Source: a virus. Taken from it: a stretch of DNA of 64,000 bases. A program made the position numbers and the translations under genes. The stretch covers positions 81,197 through 145,196 of the IMG/VR virus record IMGVR_UViG_3300044630_006441, one strand, 5' to 3'. A model generated the notes under the pieces. That model ran no database searches. It worked only from the letters and a program-made list of their open reading frames with translations, and was not told the origin of the DNA. Shown here piece by piece: positions 44,922-56,500 of this stretch. Position 1 is the stretch's first letter; every line of letters starts with the position of its first letter.

Positions 44922-47900
44922 CAGATCACCTCCACGGCGCCGATGAAGTCATAGGTCTTCTTGGTGACCTGGAGCAAGCCGCTCTGACAGACGAGGTTGG
45001 TGACCACGGTGATCCGTTTATAGCCACCAAGCTCGTCGATAATATCCTGTTTGGAACCAGCCCCGCCACCGCCGCCAGCATACCATTTGCCCTCGTTAGG
45101 CACAAACTGAGCCAGCGAAAAACCAGCTCTTATTGATCCCGAGCCGACCGGATAAAGCTGGATCGCCTTGTTGACTATGGAGTTGCCCACGAAGGGATAG
45201 CCGGTGGCCGGAGCGCCAGAAGCCGCGTTGGAATAGACATAAACCCTGGTAACCCCGGCCCCCGACCAAACCTTGCGAATGTCATCCCACAAAAGATCTG
45301 TCGGGCCAGCCTTGTGTCTGTCGGATCGGTAGGCCAAATTGACATTTGCCGGAGCTATTTGTCCAGGGTTGTAGATATCCTGACCGTAGCCGACAACCAT
45401 CAGGGGGCCGCGCAGACCCATGCTGCGCCCCTCAAAAGCTCCAGCCCCGGCTCCGTCATTCCAGTTGTTGATTTCACAAGGCAAGCCGTTGGCTTGTTGG
45501 TAAGAGACAATCGAAATATCCGTTTGCCCAGGATAGGCAATGGGAGTCATGCTGGTTGCTGTGGTCGTGTTTGCAATATTGACCGGCAGTTCAACTTTTG
45601 GCAGCAAAGAGGTGTCTGGCAAGGATTTGTAGGTCAGACCATGCTGATTGACCGTGATGCCGCCGTTTGCTGTCGGCGTCCGGTAGGGTCGGAACAAAGC
45701 GTCCTGGCTGGCGATTGCCCTGTTTGCGTATATCCCAGGACTATCGGCTTCAGTATTCGCCATAAGCTCGTGCAACGGCGCTGATTTGACATCCAATCGA
45801 ACAGCGCTGTTCTCGATACTGGCAAATCCAGCAAGACATTCATGTGGCGTTTGGACCCTATGAAATTTATCGAAAGCCCCAGCCGTCATCGACAAACCAA
45901 AAGCACCCGCGCTAGCTCTCGCTGAACTCTGTTTGACCTTCGCTTGATCGATGGCCATTTTGGAAAGATTTCTGCGAAGCTGAAGGCCCAGCTGTCCAGC
46001 TTTCTGCATTCTGTCTATGGTTTGTCTTGGGATGACCCCAAAGCGCGGACTGTAATTCTGGAATGCGTAAGTCGAAGTCACACCGCCTGTACCAAGGGAA
46101 ATCTCGATGGAGGTAACCGCTGGGCCGTTAGCTTGAAGAGCCTGCCCCAGCGAGACCTTTGGATAATCTGGCTGTGTGACGCGGCCATGCTCCGTCAAGG
46201 CCAAGCGACTGGAGCCATCAAAAAGCCTGGCGATGGCAACGCGGTTCATCACCACTTCGGAGCCGTAATTGCTCGGCACCAGTTCGCTGTCGACTTCGAC
46301 CTTCACCCTTCCTGGCACGCCAGAGTAGGCCCAGTACGGGCCGTAAGTGATGCGGTTGCTTTTCAATGGTACGACGAAGAAGGACGGATAGATCGGGGGT
46401 GGGTGAATGCGTGTTTTTGTAGACTCTGCATTTGTCTGATAAAGATTGGCCGGAGTCCCCAGAACGCGACTGATAATGCTGTGATCGCCAGAAGGATCGT
46501 ATGTTTTGGAGAATATTGGATTTTGGACAGTCATCCGCACCAATGGACCGCCCAGAAAAGCTATGCCAGGACCGGCAAGCACATAATTAATGAATGGGCT
46601 ATAGCTGTAAGGAGTTGTTATCGAGGGATAATACATCTCCTCAATTTTGTCGCCGATAGAAGATTTGACATAAGCCCCCACCTGATCCATCAAGATGTCT
46701 TGTGGATTGTCTATTGAGGCATTGCCCTGGATGAGTCTCTGGTAGTTGTAAACGACAAAAGGCTCAAAGCGACTCTGCTCGTCGGAAAGATAAAAATGAG
46801 TAGCCGTTAAGCTGGTCAAACCAAACGGGGCAAAAAGAGGGTTGGGGTTGATCGGCGGGGGCGTGATCTCCATGAATGCGCTACGGGTGATATCGAACTC
46901 ATAGCGAATGTTCGGTCGAAGATCTTCCTTGAAGGGAACTTTCTGGTCAAGCGTCGACGCAGAAATGCCAAGGCTGACGATGAACTCTTTGCCGAGATGT
47001 TGATTGGCGACGCCAGAGAGCCAGCTGAAAAACCGCCTCCTGCCTTCGGACCTGTCGTATGTGGCCTCCAGGGCGCGGGCGAGTATGGCCTGCGGGTTGG
47101 TCTGGACCATGCTTCCGGTGTTGACGCCAGCAAGGAGCACCTGATTAGAACGGTTACTCTGGAAGCCAGTCATGGCGAAGAATACTTCTGGTCGGTACTT
47201 CTCGATGAATTCCATCCAGGAATCGATCCCGGCCATGGCGAATTGCAGTTCGAGGGTTGAGCAGAAGTAATATTTGGACCCGATGACATCTTCGACGCCT
47301 TGAGCGTAGAGATTCATCATGTCGCACGGATAAGAGATGGGGCCTTCGCCTGGCAGTTTCGGGGCCAGGACAGCCACACCAGGTTGGCCAAGGATGGGGT
47401 TCTTGTTTTCGTCATAACCCCAGAAGGAAGCGTAGTTCAGCTTGCTGAACATCCCTTCGTAAGGGCCACCGATCAGCATGGAAGCTGTCTGGTGTCCCTG
47501 GGCCATTTCGATGCCGTGCTCAATGGAAGTAGCGTTGGAGCCAGGTTGATTGACAATCGCCCCGATGGTGCCAAGGGCGGGGGCCAGCTTGCGACTGATT
47601 GTCCTGATCTTGATGGTGTAGCCAACCAGCTCCACAACAAAATCATATCCTGCGTCTTGACAGACTTTGTTGATCACATCGTACAGGCTGACGACGGCGC
47701 TGCCTTCGATGCGATAGTATGGGTCAGGGATTGGTAGCTCGCTTAAATCGAGCGAATAATAAACTCCTCGCGGGAATTCCCGTGTGGGCACACCCCAGCG
47801 CATAGGACCGCCATAGGGCGTGATGAGCGGTTGGTTGCAGATAAACAGCACAGCCCTGAAAAAAGTAGTCCAGGGCATGCCGATTTCGTCAGATCCGGAA

Positions 47901-48343
47901 AAGCCAAAACCGCCAAAGCCATTGGTGCTATCTTCCCAAAAACCATAGGCGTTGATGACATTGGTGATGCCGATCGGTATGGGGCCGACATATTGGCCGA
48001 TAATGACCTGGGTAGCCTGAAGAATCTCGCGAGGATCAACCAAAACTGCATCGTAAGTAATGCCACTGGTTGATTTTTTCTTCGTCACCTTGGACAAAAT
48101 GCCGCCAAAGTAAAAGCCACCCAGGCGAAAACGCATGGGATGACCTACCTGACACGGAAAATCGTTGTATATGTAGTCAAAATCTCCCGTCTCTTTGACT
48201 AGAGACAGGTTCATCGAGCTGCCATTGTCTCCCCAGGACACGCTGCTGCTTGCCTGCTGGACGTAAAAGCCCAGCAAAGTACGGTCGTTTGAACCGTAGG
48301 TCAGCTTGGGTAAGACATATTGAAAATTACTTTCCGTAGGCAT
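44921..48343 (-). CDS. Putative tail-tip/baseplate hub protein
   Basis: 1140 aa downstream of tape measure; S.GW-like, F.FGG.L, L.DPR..L, C.DAG.DF.V.L. Confidence 0.55.
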   Translation of the reverse strand: MPTESNFQYVLPKLTYGSNDRTLLGFYVQQASSSVSWGDNGSSMNLSLVKETGDFDYIYNDFPCQVGHPMRFRLGGFYFGGILSKVTKKKSTSGITYDAVLVDPREILQATQVIIGQYVGPIPIGITNVINAYGFWEDSTNGFGGFGFSGSDEIGMPWTTFFRAVLFICNQPLITPYGGPMRWGVPTREFPRGVYYSLDLSELPIPDPYYRIEGSAVVSLYDVINKVCQDAGYDFVVELVGYTIKIRTISRKLAPALGTIGAIVNQPGSNATSIEHGIEMAQGHQTASMLIGGPYEGMFSKLNYASFWGYDENKNPILGQPGVAVLAPKLPGEGPISYPCDMMNLYAQGVEDVIGSKYYFCSTLELQFAMAGIDSWMEFIEKYRPEVFFAMTGFQSNRSNQVLLAGVNTGSMVQTNPQAILARALEATYDRSEGRRRFFSWLSGVANQHLGKEFIVSLGISASTLDQKVPFKEDLRPNIRYEFDITRSAFMEITPPPINPNPLFAPFGLTSLTATHFYLSDEQSRFEPFVVYNYQRLIQGNASIDNPQDILMDQVGAYVKSSIGDKIEEMYYPSITTPYSYSPFINYVLAGPGIAFLGGPLVRMTVQNPIFSKTYDPSGDHSIISRVLGTPANLYQTNAESTKTRIHPPPIYPSFFVVPLKSNRITYGPYWAYSGVPGRVKVEVDSELVPSNYGSEVVMNRVAIARLFDGSSRLALTEHGRVTQPDYPKVSLGQALQANGPAVTSIEISLGTGGVTSTYAFQNYSPRFGVIPRQTIDRMQKAGQLGLQLRRNLSKMAIDQAKVKQSSARASAGAFGLSMTAGAFDKFHRVQTPHECLAGFASIENSAVRLDVKSAPLHELMANTEADSPGIYANRAIASQDALFRPYRTPTANGGITVNQHGLTYKSLPDTSLLPKVELPVNIANTTTATSMTPIAYPGQTDISIVSYQQANGLPCEINNWNDGAGAGAFEGRSMGLRGPLMVVGYGQDIYNPGQIAPANVNLAYRSDRHKAGPTDLLWDDIRKVWSGAGVTRVYVYSNAASGAPATGYPFVGNSIVNKAIQLYPVGSGSIRAGFSLAQFVPNEGKWYAGGGGGAGSKQDIIDELGGYKRITVVTNLVCQSGLLQVTKKTYDFIGAVEVI

Positions 48344-49985
48344 AGGTCACGCTAAAGTTGTAACGGCCAGTCGTATAATTAAAGCCATCTGTTATCTTTT
48401 CAATAAATAGCTTTGGATATATTGCTGTGTTTGGTATTAGGTTAAGCTGAGCCAAGGCCAGAAATGCGTTTTCTCTGCTTGGCTTCAATGGTCTTCCGTC
48501 GTTTTGGTTGACTACTCCGACAACAACTTCCATGTTGATGTCTCGGGTTGTCTTGGTCGTGTTGAGCAGGTTTTGGTAGATGGGACCTTTGCCGTAAGGA
48601 CTAGACGGGTCGACGCGACCAAGCACATCGATAGCAGCAAAGAGCGGGCCACCACCATTATCTGTAAAGCTCACCTCAAAGAATTTGACATCTGAGAATA
48701 TGGGCGGGCGATAACGATTGTTGAATTCCACATTGTAAGTAATGGTTCCCGCAATTTTGTTATGGCCGACAGTAACCTGCGCCGGTTTGATCGCCAAATA
48801 TTCACTGCCCATCATCAACAGGACTCTGTCTCGCACCAACTTGTAGTTGTTGGCCGCCAAAAGGTCCCACTTGGTTTTGGCGTGGATGTATTTAGTGGTT
48901 GGCGACTCAAAGGCGGCTGTTCTGGCAGTACGCAAGGCGGTGATCGTACCATCAATCGAAATTGTCTTCAGGGTAGATTCTGCCGAATCCTTGATACTGA
49001 TCGTAAATTCCTCAAGGGCGGGTATGTAGTTAGCCCCAACTTTTGCGCCAAAGTCATCAATATTGACCGTCGCCAAGTCGACTATTGTCCAGTTTTCGGT
49101 CACGCTGAACTTGCCGCCAGCCTCATCAACCGTGACAGTACGGATGGCATCGTAAGCCCTGACGCTGTCACCGCTAGAAGCAGGTTGCTCGCTGAGAGCA
49201 TTGGCAAGAGCGCCGCCTAGGCCAAAATAGCTGAGTCCAGCAGGAAGATTATTCAGTTTGAGCTTGGAGGATGGCGGTTCTCCCGTCGCCGCATTGTCGA
49301 CAAGATTGATGTCCGAGGCAAGCTTTTTGAGAACGGCAGCGCGGGCGATTTCAAACCCAGGCACATTTCTGTTGGTGGTGCCAGTCACCCATCGGGTTGT
49401 TGCTTGCGCGCTGGCTTGATGGGTAAGTTTGTATTTGCGAAGATTCTCGTCAGGCTCCATAGTCCAGGATTCTTCGACGCCGACATCGTCTTCGGCATCC
49501 ATGCCGATAACATTTGTTCCAATCCTGAGGTAATCAGCCTCAAGGTTAATTGTGTACTCAAAATAATCAGTGAAAGGACCTTCTGGAATTTCGATAGATT
49601 TAACCCGAGGATAACACAAGATTCTGCTTGTGCCACCTGAAGTGTCCCAGGGCGTGATTTGCAAAACGACATTCTCTGTTTGATTCAGCGGTATTTTTGG
49701 ACGAAACAATTCTTGAAGCTGGGCAATTTTCTTTTGAATCTCAGCTTGTCGGCTGTTTGGTAGCACAGGCTGGGGTGTGCCATTAGCCTGAGCGATTAGA
49801 TCTGCCGTGCTAGTGTTGGCAAGAACGCCACCTTTGTATGCCAACATTCGGCCCTTGAGGGCAATGTTGAAGGTGTATTTTTTCACCCGGCCATCTTCAA
49901 AGCGATCAATCTGAGTGCTGATCGACACGAATGGTGCTGGGGCAAGAATTTTTTCCTGGCCCATCGGGCCATAAAGTACGGGCAT
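48327..49985 (-). CDS. Putative tail protein (distal-tail-like)
   Basis: 552 aa with repeated E.WT / G.I.Y beta motifs; position after tape measure. Confidence 0.5.
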   Translation of the reverse strand: MPVLYGPMGQEKILAPAPFVSISTQIDRFEDGRVKKYTFNIALKGRMLAYKGGVLANTSTADLIAQANGTPQPVLPNSRQAEIQKKIAQLQELFRPKIPLNQTENVVLQITPWDTSGGTSRILCYPRVKSIEIPEGPFTDYFEYTINLEADYLRIGTNVIGMDAEDDVGVEESWTMEPDENLRKYKLTHQASAQATTRWVTGTTNRNVPGFEIARAAVLKKLASDINLVDNAATGEPPSSKLKLNNLPAGLSYFGLGGALANALSEQPASSGDSVRAYDAIRTVTVDEAGGKFSVTENWTIVDLATVNIDDFGAKVGANYIPALEEFTISIKDSAESTLKTISIDGTITALRTARTAAFESPTTKYIHAKTKWDLLAANNYKLVRDRVLLMMGSEYLAIKPAQVTVGHNKIAGTITYNVEFNNRYRPPIFSDVKFFEVSFTDNGGGPLFAAIDVLGRVDPSSPYGKGPIYQNLLNTTKTTRDINMEVVVGVVNQNDGRPLKPSRENAFLALAQLNLIPNTAIYPKLFIEKITDGFNYTTGRYNFSVTYAYGK

Positions 49986-49987
49986 TG

Positions 49988-50581
49988 TTAAGCCTCCACA
50001 ACTAGGTCAAGACCTTGATTAAATGTCCCAGTACCTGCCGTGATCATGTCCAGCGACCCCGTAGATCCAATGGGGCCAACCAAATACAATACGCAGCCAC
50101 CAGTAGCCTCTTGTGCATAGCCGGTGACTGTGAGCGGCAACACAGAAGAGGTCTCTGGCGTTCTCCAAACCACTAGGTTGAGACCCGCACCAAAGACAGG
50201 AGCTTCGATAGTCAAGGGAAGCGAATCGCCGACAACCTCAGTTGCGTTATTGGTGGTGATCAGCGGCAAGGAGTTTGAGGTCGTTTGGTTCGCCCCCTCC
50301 ACAAACAAGTTCATGTTTTGCTGACTATAATCAATATTGCAAAAGATATATAGATTTATACTTTGTCCATATTGCCTACCGCTGATGATTAAGGGTAAGC
50401 CTTTGGCCACACCCAGATCGACGCCGACGGTGTGAAGGGGCAGGGAGTTGCCCCCCGTCGGTATTTCTTCAGCTTTGAGGAATAGGTTGAACGGCTCCCA
50501 CGCCAAGGATTCGCCGCCAAACCCGAGGACCAGCCCCCCGGGTGTGGCGAGTATGTCTCCCAGTCTTCCGGTGAAGATCAT
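49988..50581 (-). CDS. Putative tail protein with LPL/LNL repeats
   Basis: Repeated (S/N)L(P/N)L.(I/V).G units. Confidence 0.55.
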   Translation of the reverse strand: MIFTGRLGDILATPGGLVLGFGGESLAWEPFNLFLKAEEIPTGGNSLPLHTVGVDLGVAKGLPLIISGRQYGQSINLYIFCNIDYSQQNMNLFVEGANQTTSNSLPLITTNNATEVVGDSLPLTIEAPVFGAGLNLVVWRTPETSSVLPLTVTGYAQEATGGCVLYLVGPIGSTGSLDMITAGTGTFNQGLDLVVEA

Positions 50582-53500
50582 TATTGCGACCTCTGCTCGA
50601 CCGGCTGGTTAGCTCGGATGGCTTCTGCAATCATCGGCCCGATGGCCTCGGTGACCGCCTTGACGATTGAATCCTGGCCCATCAGATTGACGCTGATCTC
50701 GTTGGCTCCAGACAGTTCGATCTGGCCGGGGATCTTGCCAACCGCCTCGTCGAACTTGTCGACAAAGGTGCCGAAGTTTGCCACGGCTCCGTTGAAGGTA
50801 CTAACCGAGGTGGAGAAGCCGGACAGTCCCTGGCTGATCTGGGTGGCAGCCTGATTGAACTTGGCGGCGACGTCGAGAAGCTCAGGCCCGCCCTGTGCCA
50901 TTCCTCCGTTGGCGAACCCTTGGATGCCGCCCACGATTCCGCCGTTGGCGAATTTTTGAACGTGCTTCTTGGGCACCACCAGCTCGCCTGGCTCCAGCAT
51001 TGCCGGGACAATATCGCCAGAGCCGACTCCTGGCACAATTCCGCCAGTAGCTCGTTTGACCAAATCGTCTCCACCGGCTATTTTCTTCCTCAGTTCGTCT
51101 GCGGCAGCGTAGTTGGAATTTATCTTGTCTTCAAATTCGCGCCTTTTCTTCGACTTCTCTTCGTAAAACGCTCGCATCTTTGCTTCTTGCGCTTCTTTTT
51201 CCTGACGTTCCTTTTCGGCTTTGCGCTTGACGCCACCTGGGTCCCTGATGTCCGCGATACCTTCCTTCACATGCCATTGGGCAATATCGTTTGCTTCATT
51301 TTCCTTTTTCTTTTGGGCGCGGTATTCATCCATCTTGCGCTGCGCTTCAGACTTCTCTTCGGCGCGCACCTGCTCAGGATTCTTGAGCTTTCTGATCTCT
51401 TCCAGGAACTTGGGATCGCCCGTCTTCAGATAGTTTTCCTGAGCCGTGTCCAACATCTTTTTGAGATGGTTAGCTCTTGCCGCCTCAGGGTTGGGCGCGG
51501 GACGGTTTTGCTCGTTGGCCTTAACCCTCGCGTTGTGGATGTTGACAGCCTCGGGTCCGGTCAACTGTTTGCCATACCGGATTTCAACGCCAGTGTTGTG
51601 GTGCTGAACGGCTTCGGGTCCGTTTTTAGGAATCTTGCCCTGCTCGCGCATGCGGGCGTTGTGGGCGGCGACACCCTCCCGACGCTCCTTCCATTCTTTT
51701 TCAAGGATGTCGTTCTTGGCCGGACCCTTTGGCTGATTTTCCCCAGCCATAGCAGCCCGCAAGGCCTGTGGGGGTATCATCCTGGCCGCAAAAGAAAACT
51801 CCTCGTATTTTTCCTTGGCTGCCAACCGTTCCTTGTAGGACTTTTTCTTGTCCATCATTTCAGCACGATAGCTGTTGACGGATTTGAAAAATTCCTTGGG
51901 TGAATTTTGGAAAAGGGAGAGGGCTTCTTCAGCGCTCATCCTGCGTTTTTCCGCATCCATCTGAGCGATGACGGGATTGCTCAATTGAGCATACAGCTCA
52001 CGCAGCTTGGCTATGTTCTCTTTCGTGCGTGCGCGTGGGTTCCGCATCTGGTTGCGGAGCTGATAAAACTCAGCTTTCGCCCCAAGAATATCAAAGTCCT
52101 GATTCGCAGCCATCAGGTTGCCAGCCATGATCTGTTCGAGTTCGGCGGCTGCGTTCGGATTGTTTTGGCCAGGCATCTTGACTGCACCGGCATTTGCGTT
52201 TGCCCCGTTGCCGACCGCCATTCCTTGAAGGGGATTGTTGATGGGGTTGACGGCTTGCGCTGGTGGCATTTGCACATTGGGTCCCGGCATCATGCCCGGA
52301 ACCATATTCAACGGATTTTGACCTCCGCCCCAACGCATAGCTCCAGCCTGAACCAGCTTGAAAGTTCCATCTCCGTTGGGGATCATCTGCCAGTTGGGGT
52401 CGTTGAATGCTGGAGGCCTTGGAACTCCGAAGCCATTAGCCGCAGCCGCCCGCGCATTAGCCTCTGCCTTGACGCCACCGGGCGTGCCCCTTTCAAAGCC
52501 TGGCAATTTGCCGTTCTTGTTGATGTAATCGAGATTGCCAATGCCTATCTTGGAGGCTTCCTGGGGGCTGTAAATGTGTTCGCCAGGCATGACCATGGCC
52601 GGAACCACGCCACCCTTGGCTAAATGCGGCAATGAGGCCAGCGTTTCGGCGCCCAGGCTTTGGACCGATGATTTTCTGACAACATAGCTGCCGACTGGCA
52701 GGTTCGTCCGCACGGAATCCGTATTGCCGACGCCGGGGACCAACCCGCCAACGGCGAACTTCATCTCTCCGGCTTCTTTAACGCCGAATTCTGGTGGGGG
52801 TTCGGGCGCCTCTTCAATCTGAACCTTGGGGCCTGGCTTGATCGGCCTGCCTTTGAAGACAGAAGACACGCTCGGGAAAGTGGTTGGTTTGCCCAGAAGG
52901 CCAAACACCATGCTCAATAAGGCTGCCTCTTGAGCGTATGTATCAGCGCCTTTTTCTTCGGCGCCAGACATCCGCGCATCAATCAAACCCGGATTGGCGA
53001 GGAGGAACCTGCCGAGCCGATCGAGCTTGACTCGCTCTTCCTTGTCTTGCACTCTTGCCAGAGCCAAAGCTTGTGCTTTTTGTTCCAGCGTCATCAAATA
53101 CAAAGCTTTTTCGGCTTCGTTGAAGGTGCCAGGATCTTTCCCGTCAAGTGGTCTGCTTGCCGCCTGAGCCATATATCGGAGATAAGCCCGTTGAATAACG
53201 GGCATCTTCGATTCTTGCGTGCGATATTTTTCGATTTCTTCGGCGGTGATATCAGAAGAATTAGTGCGGTCCAAGCCCATGCTTTGGATCAATTCCCGCT
53301 CGCCTGGCCTGAGCTTGTTTTGGCGTATGCGATCGAGCGCGTCGTTAACAAGCTTGGCCTGAAGGGCTGGATTCACCTGATTGAAAAGCTCGGCTTCTTT
53401 AGACAGACCTTGCAATTTGACCAAATCCACCATGGTTTTGGCGTCGATATTCTCGGGATCGATTGCCGCAATATTCTTCGCCAGCCTTTGTTCGGGTGTG

Positions 53501-56500
53501 GCAAAAGCCGCCATACGGGCTTTGGAATTCTCTTTTGCGGCCCCAAGGATTTTCGCCAAGCCGGGGACTTTTTCGTTGTCTTCTTTCAGTTTGGCGATCG
53601 TCGCGTCGATAGATTCCAGAATCGCCTGGTCAAAGTCGGGCGACTTGATCTCCTCAAACTTGCGCCTGTTCCTGAGTATCTCTTCAGCATTTTTGCGAAG
53701 GTCTTCCGCCGATTTGACTTTGGCGGTGACTTCACCGACCATCAAGCCGTAAATGTTTTTGACATAGTCCTCTGGACCTTCCGGATAATTCTGCTCAGAC
53801 AGCTCCTGATTGGCTTTTTCCCTGAGTGCGTTTTTACCGGTGTACAACCCCTCGATCACAGAGATAGGGTGGTTGGCCCGGATCATGCGCAGCGGCTTCT
53901 TGCTGGACCTTTCCTTGTCGCTGTAGTTCCATTGGCCAAGCGTTTCCAGGCCCCGGAAAGACGGGGATGAAAGCGCTTGTTGATACATGAAATCGCTGAT
54001 CAGATTCTTGAAATCGGCAAGTCTTGGCTCATTCGAGATGAGATCGCTAAGGCTTTCACCGACCGAGGTCCCGAACGCCTTGTTGATGTCGGCGGCTGTG
54101 TTCTTTTGGGCGTCTTCCTGGGAGGCCAGCGTGTTTACGGTATCCTTGATCCCAGAAATAATGCTTTCCACTTCAAACGGCGGGTTGCCGAAAGCCCTGC
54201 TGACTGCCGCCTGGCGCAAGGCTGTGTGGTAGTCGCCGATCTTTGGCAGCACATCTGGGAAAACCGGAGCGTTCTTCTGGTCTTGCTGAGCCTTGACGGC
54301 GTCATCGTAAGCCTTTTGTTTCTCTTGCCTGATTTTCAAGACCTGCATCAAGGCGTCGAAAACGCCAGCCTGCTGATCATTCTTTGGCAGGTCCTTACCG
54401 ATCATGTCGATCTGCTTGTTGAGGAACGCCGTCCTTTTTTCCTTGTCCATACTCTTGATTTGCGACAAGAAAAGTATGGTGGCATTCTTGCGGATCAAAT
54501 CCTTGGCGCTTTCGGTATCATCATTTTTGATGGTGGACTCGGCCGTGCTTCCGCCAAAGTTTACAAGCTTTCCGAGATTACCGATCCTGGCATAGGCTTC
54601 TTTTGCCTCGCCGCCTTCTGCAAACGCTGGTAATCCAGAGTTGATCCGCTCCAACAAAGCCTTGTTCTTCTGGGCGGGACCAGAGGAAACCACAAACTCA
54701 TTGGGATTGATGCGGGCGTTGACCGTATCGCTTGAATGCGGGGTGAGACTGCCTTCCGAACCCCAGCCTCCCTTGTTGAAGAACCTGATCAGTCCACCGT
54801 TGGCTTTTTTGTCCTTGGGCTTGTTGATGTCGTCTATGGCCTTGTTCAGTTCGTCCAGCTTGGTCTTGGCGTCCTTCAACAGGTCGCCCATCTTGCTGAA
54901 GCCGACATTCATGCCGTTGACGATACCGACAGACTTTTCCAAGGAAGAAATGCTGATGGTGTCAAAACTTCTCTGAGAAGCTTCTGAAAGACGCTTGATG
55001 ACCTCGTCCGGCAGAGATACGCTGTTCCGCAGACCAGACTCGGCCTTGGAGAAATCTTCCCTTGCCAGCCTGATCTGGTCGCCGACAACAGACGAGGCAG
55101 CCTGCAAGAAAGCCTTTTTCAGGTCCGCTTCGACGTTGCCGATATTCTTGTTGATGTTGCGTTCTTTAAAGTATTCATCCATCTTGACGAGAATGTTAGT
55201 GCGGTCTTTCTCGTCGGTGAAGCCAATCTCTTCAAGTTGGGTTTTGATGGCACCGGAGGCGTTGCCGATGATGTCCCGCACGCTCATCCCGCCCACAGAA
55301 TTGGTGATCCTGCTGGCAAAGTTGTCGACGCCGCCACGGGCGCGGTCCATGAGCTTGTCGCCAGCAACCATCTTGCCGCCAGCGTCAATCATGGCGCTCA
55401 TGTTCGGGTTTTTGATGGCCCCGGCGAACATCTTGAATTCTTCATCGGTCTTGATGCCGAGCTTGCCGATAATCGATGTGTCGCCCACATTCTTTTCGAG
55501 ATCCTTGACGCGGCTGATCGCCATCGATTTTTGAGTCTCAAGATTCTGCCTGCCCACATCGGCCATCGTCTTGGCGATACTCTCCAGGAACGCCTGCTGA
55601 TTGTTCTGGAGCCTGGAGAAGAAGTCGCCGAGCAGCTTGTCCTGGTTGTCCACCTGGAGTTGTGCCGCCCGCGAAGCGATCTCGTAGTTCTGCTGGACGA
55701 AGCTGTCGAGGGCCTTCTCCATCGCCGCAGACTGCGGGTCAAGATCGAAAGCGCCGCCGAACGTACTGTTCAAAAGCTGCGTGCTCAGTTCCTTGACGGA
55801 GATTCCGCCCAACCCCTGGAGTCGCATTTGCGGCGACAGGGAAGAGAGTAGGCTGAAGATCTGGTTTTGGTCGCGAACAGAGAAGGGGGCGGCTGTCCCA
55901 AGCTGTCCAGCCTGACTCAACAGGGAGAACGACTTGGCGATGTCGGCCCGTCCCTCAAGATTCGAGGTGGCATAGCGCATACCGAGGCTTTGACGGCCCT
56001 CGCGGTCGGCCTGGATCTTGGTGAGGCGCTCTTGCGCCGCAGCATTCCTCTCGCTGGTGTCGGTCAGGTTCTTGAGTGCCTGACCTAGATCGGCAGCCCG
56101 CACCTTCAGTTTGGACATCTCGTTCTGGGCTTCAAACTGCGCTTTGTTGTTGCCGTCGCGAGACGCCGCGCTGATTTTGCGGTCGACTATTCCGATTTTG
56201 GCGATCGTGGCCTTGAGGGCCTCGTTGATCTTCTCTGGGTTTTGCGCGTCGGCAATGGCCTGGGGATTCTTGAAAACGGCATTCCCGCCAAAACCAGTCA
56301 GTCTGGCCTGACGCAACTCTTGTTGCTTGAGGGCCAGGTCGAACAAGGTCTCGTCGCCAGAGTCTTCGCGGATCAGGCCGCGTCGAGACATGGTTTGAAC
56401 GCGGTTGCGCTCAGAGCTGATCTGGGCAAAGTTGGCCTTGTCCATCAGCTCGCCGACGGCACGGACCCTGCCGCCCAGTTCGGTCAGGTCGTTGGCAAAA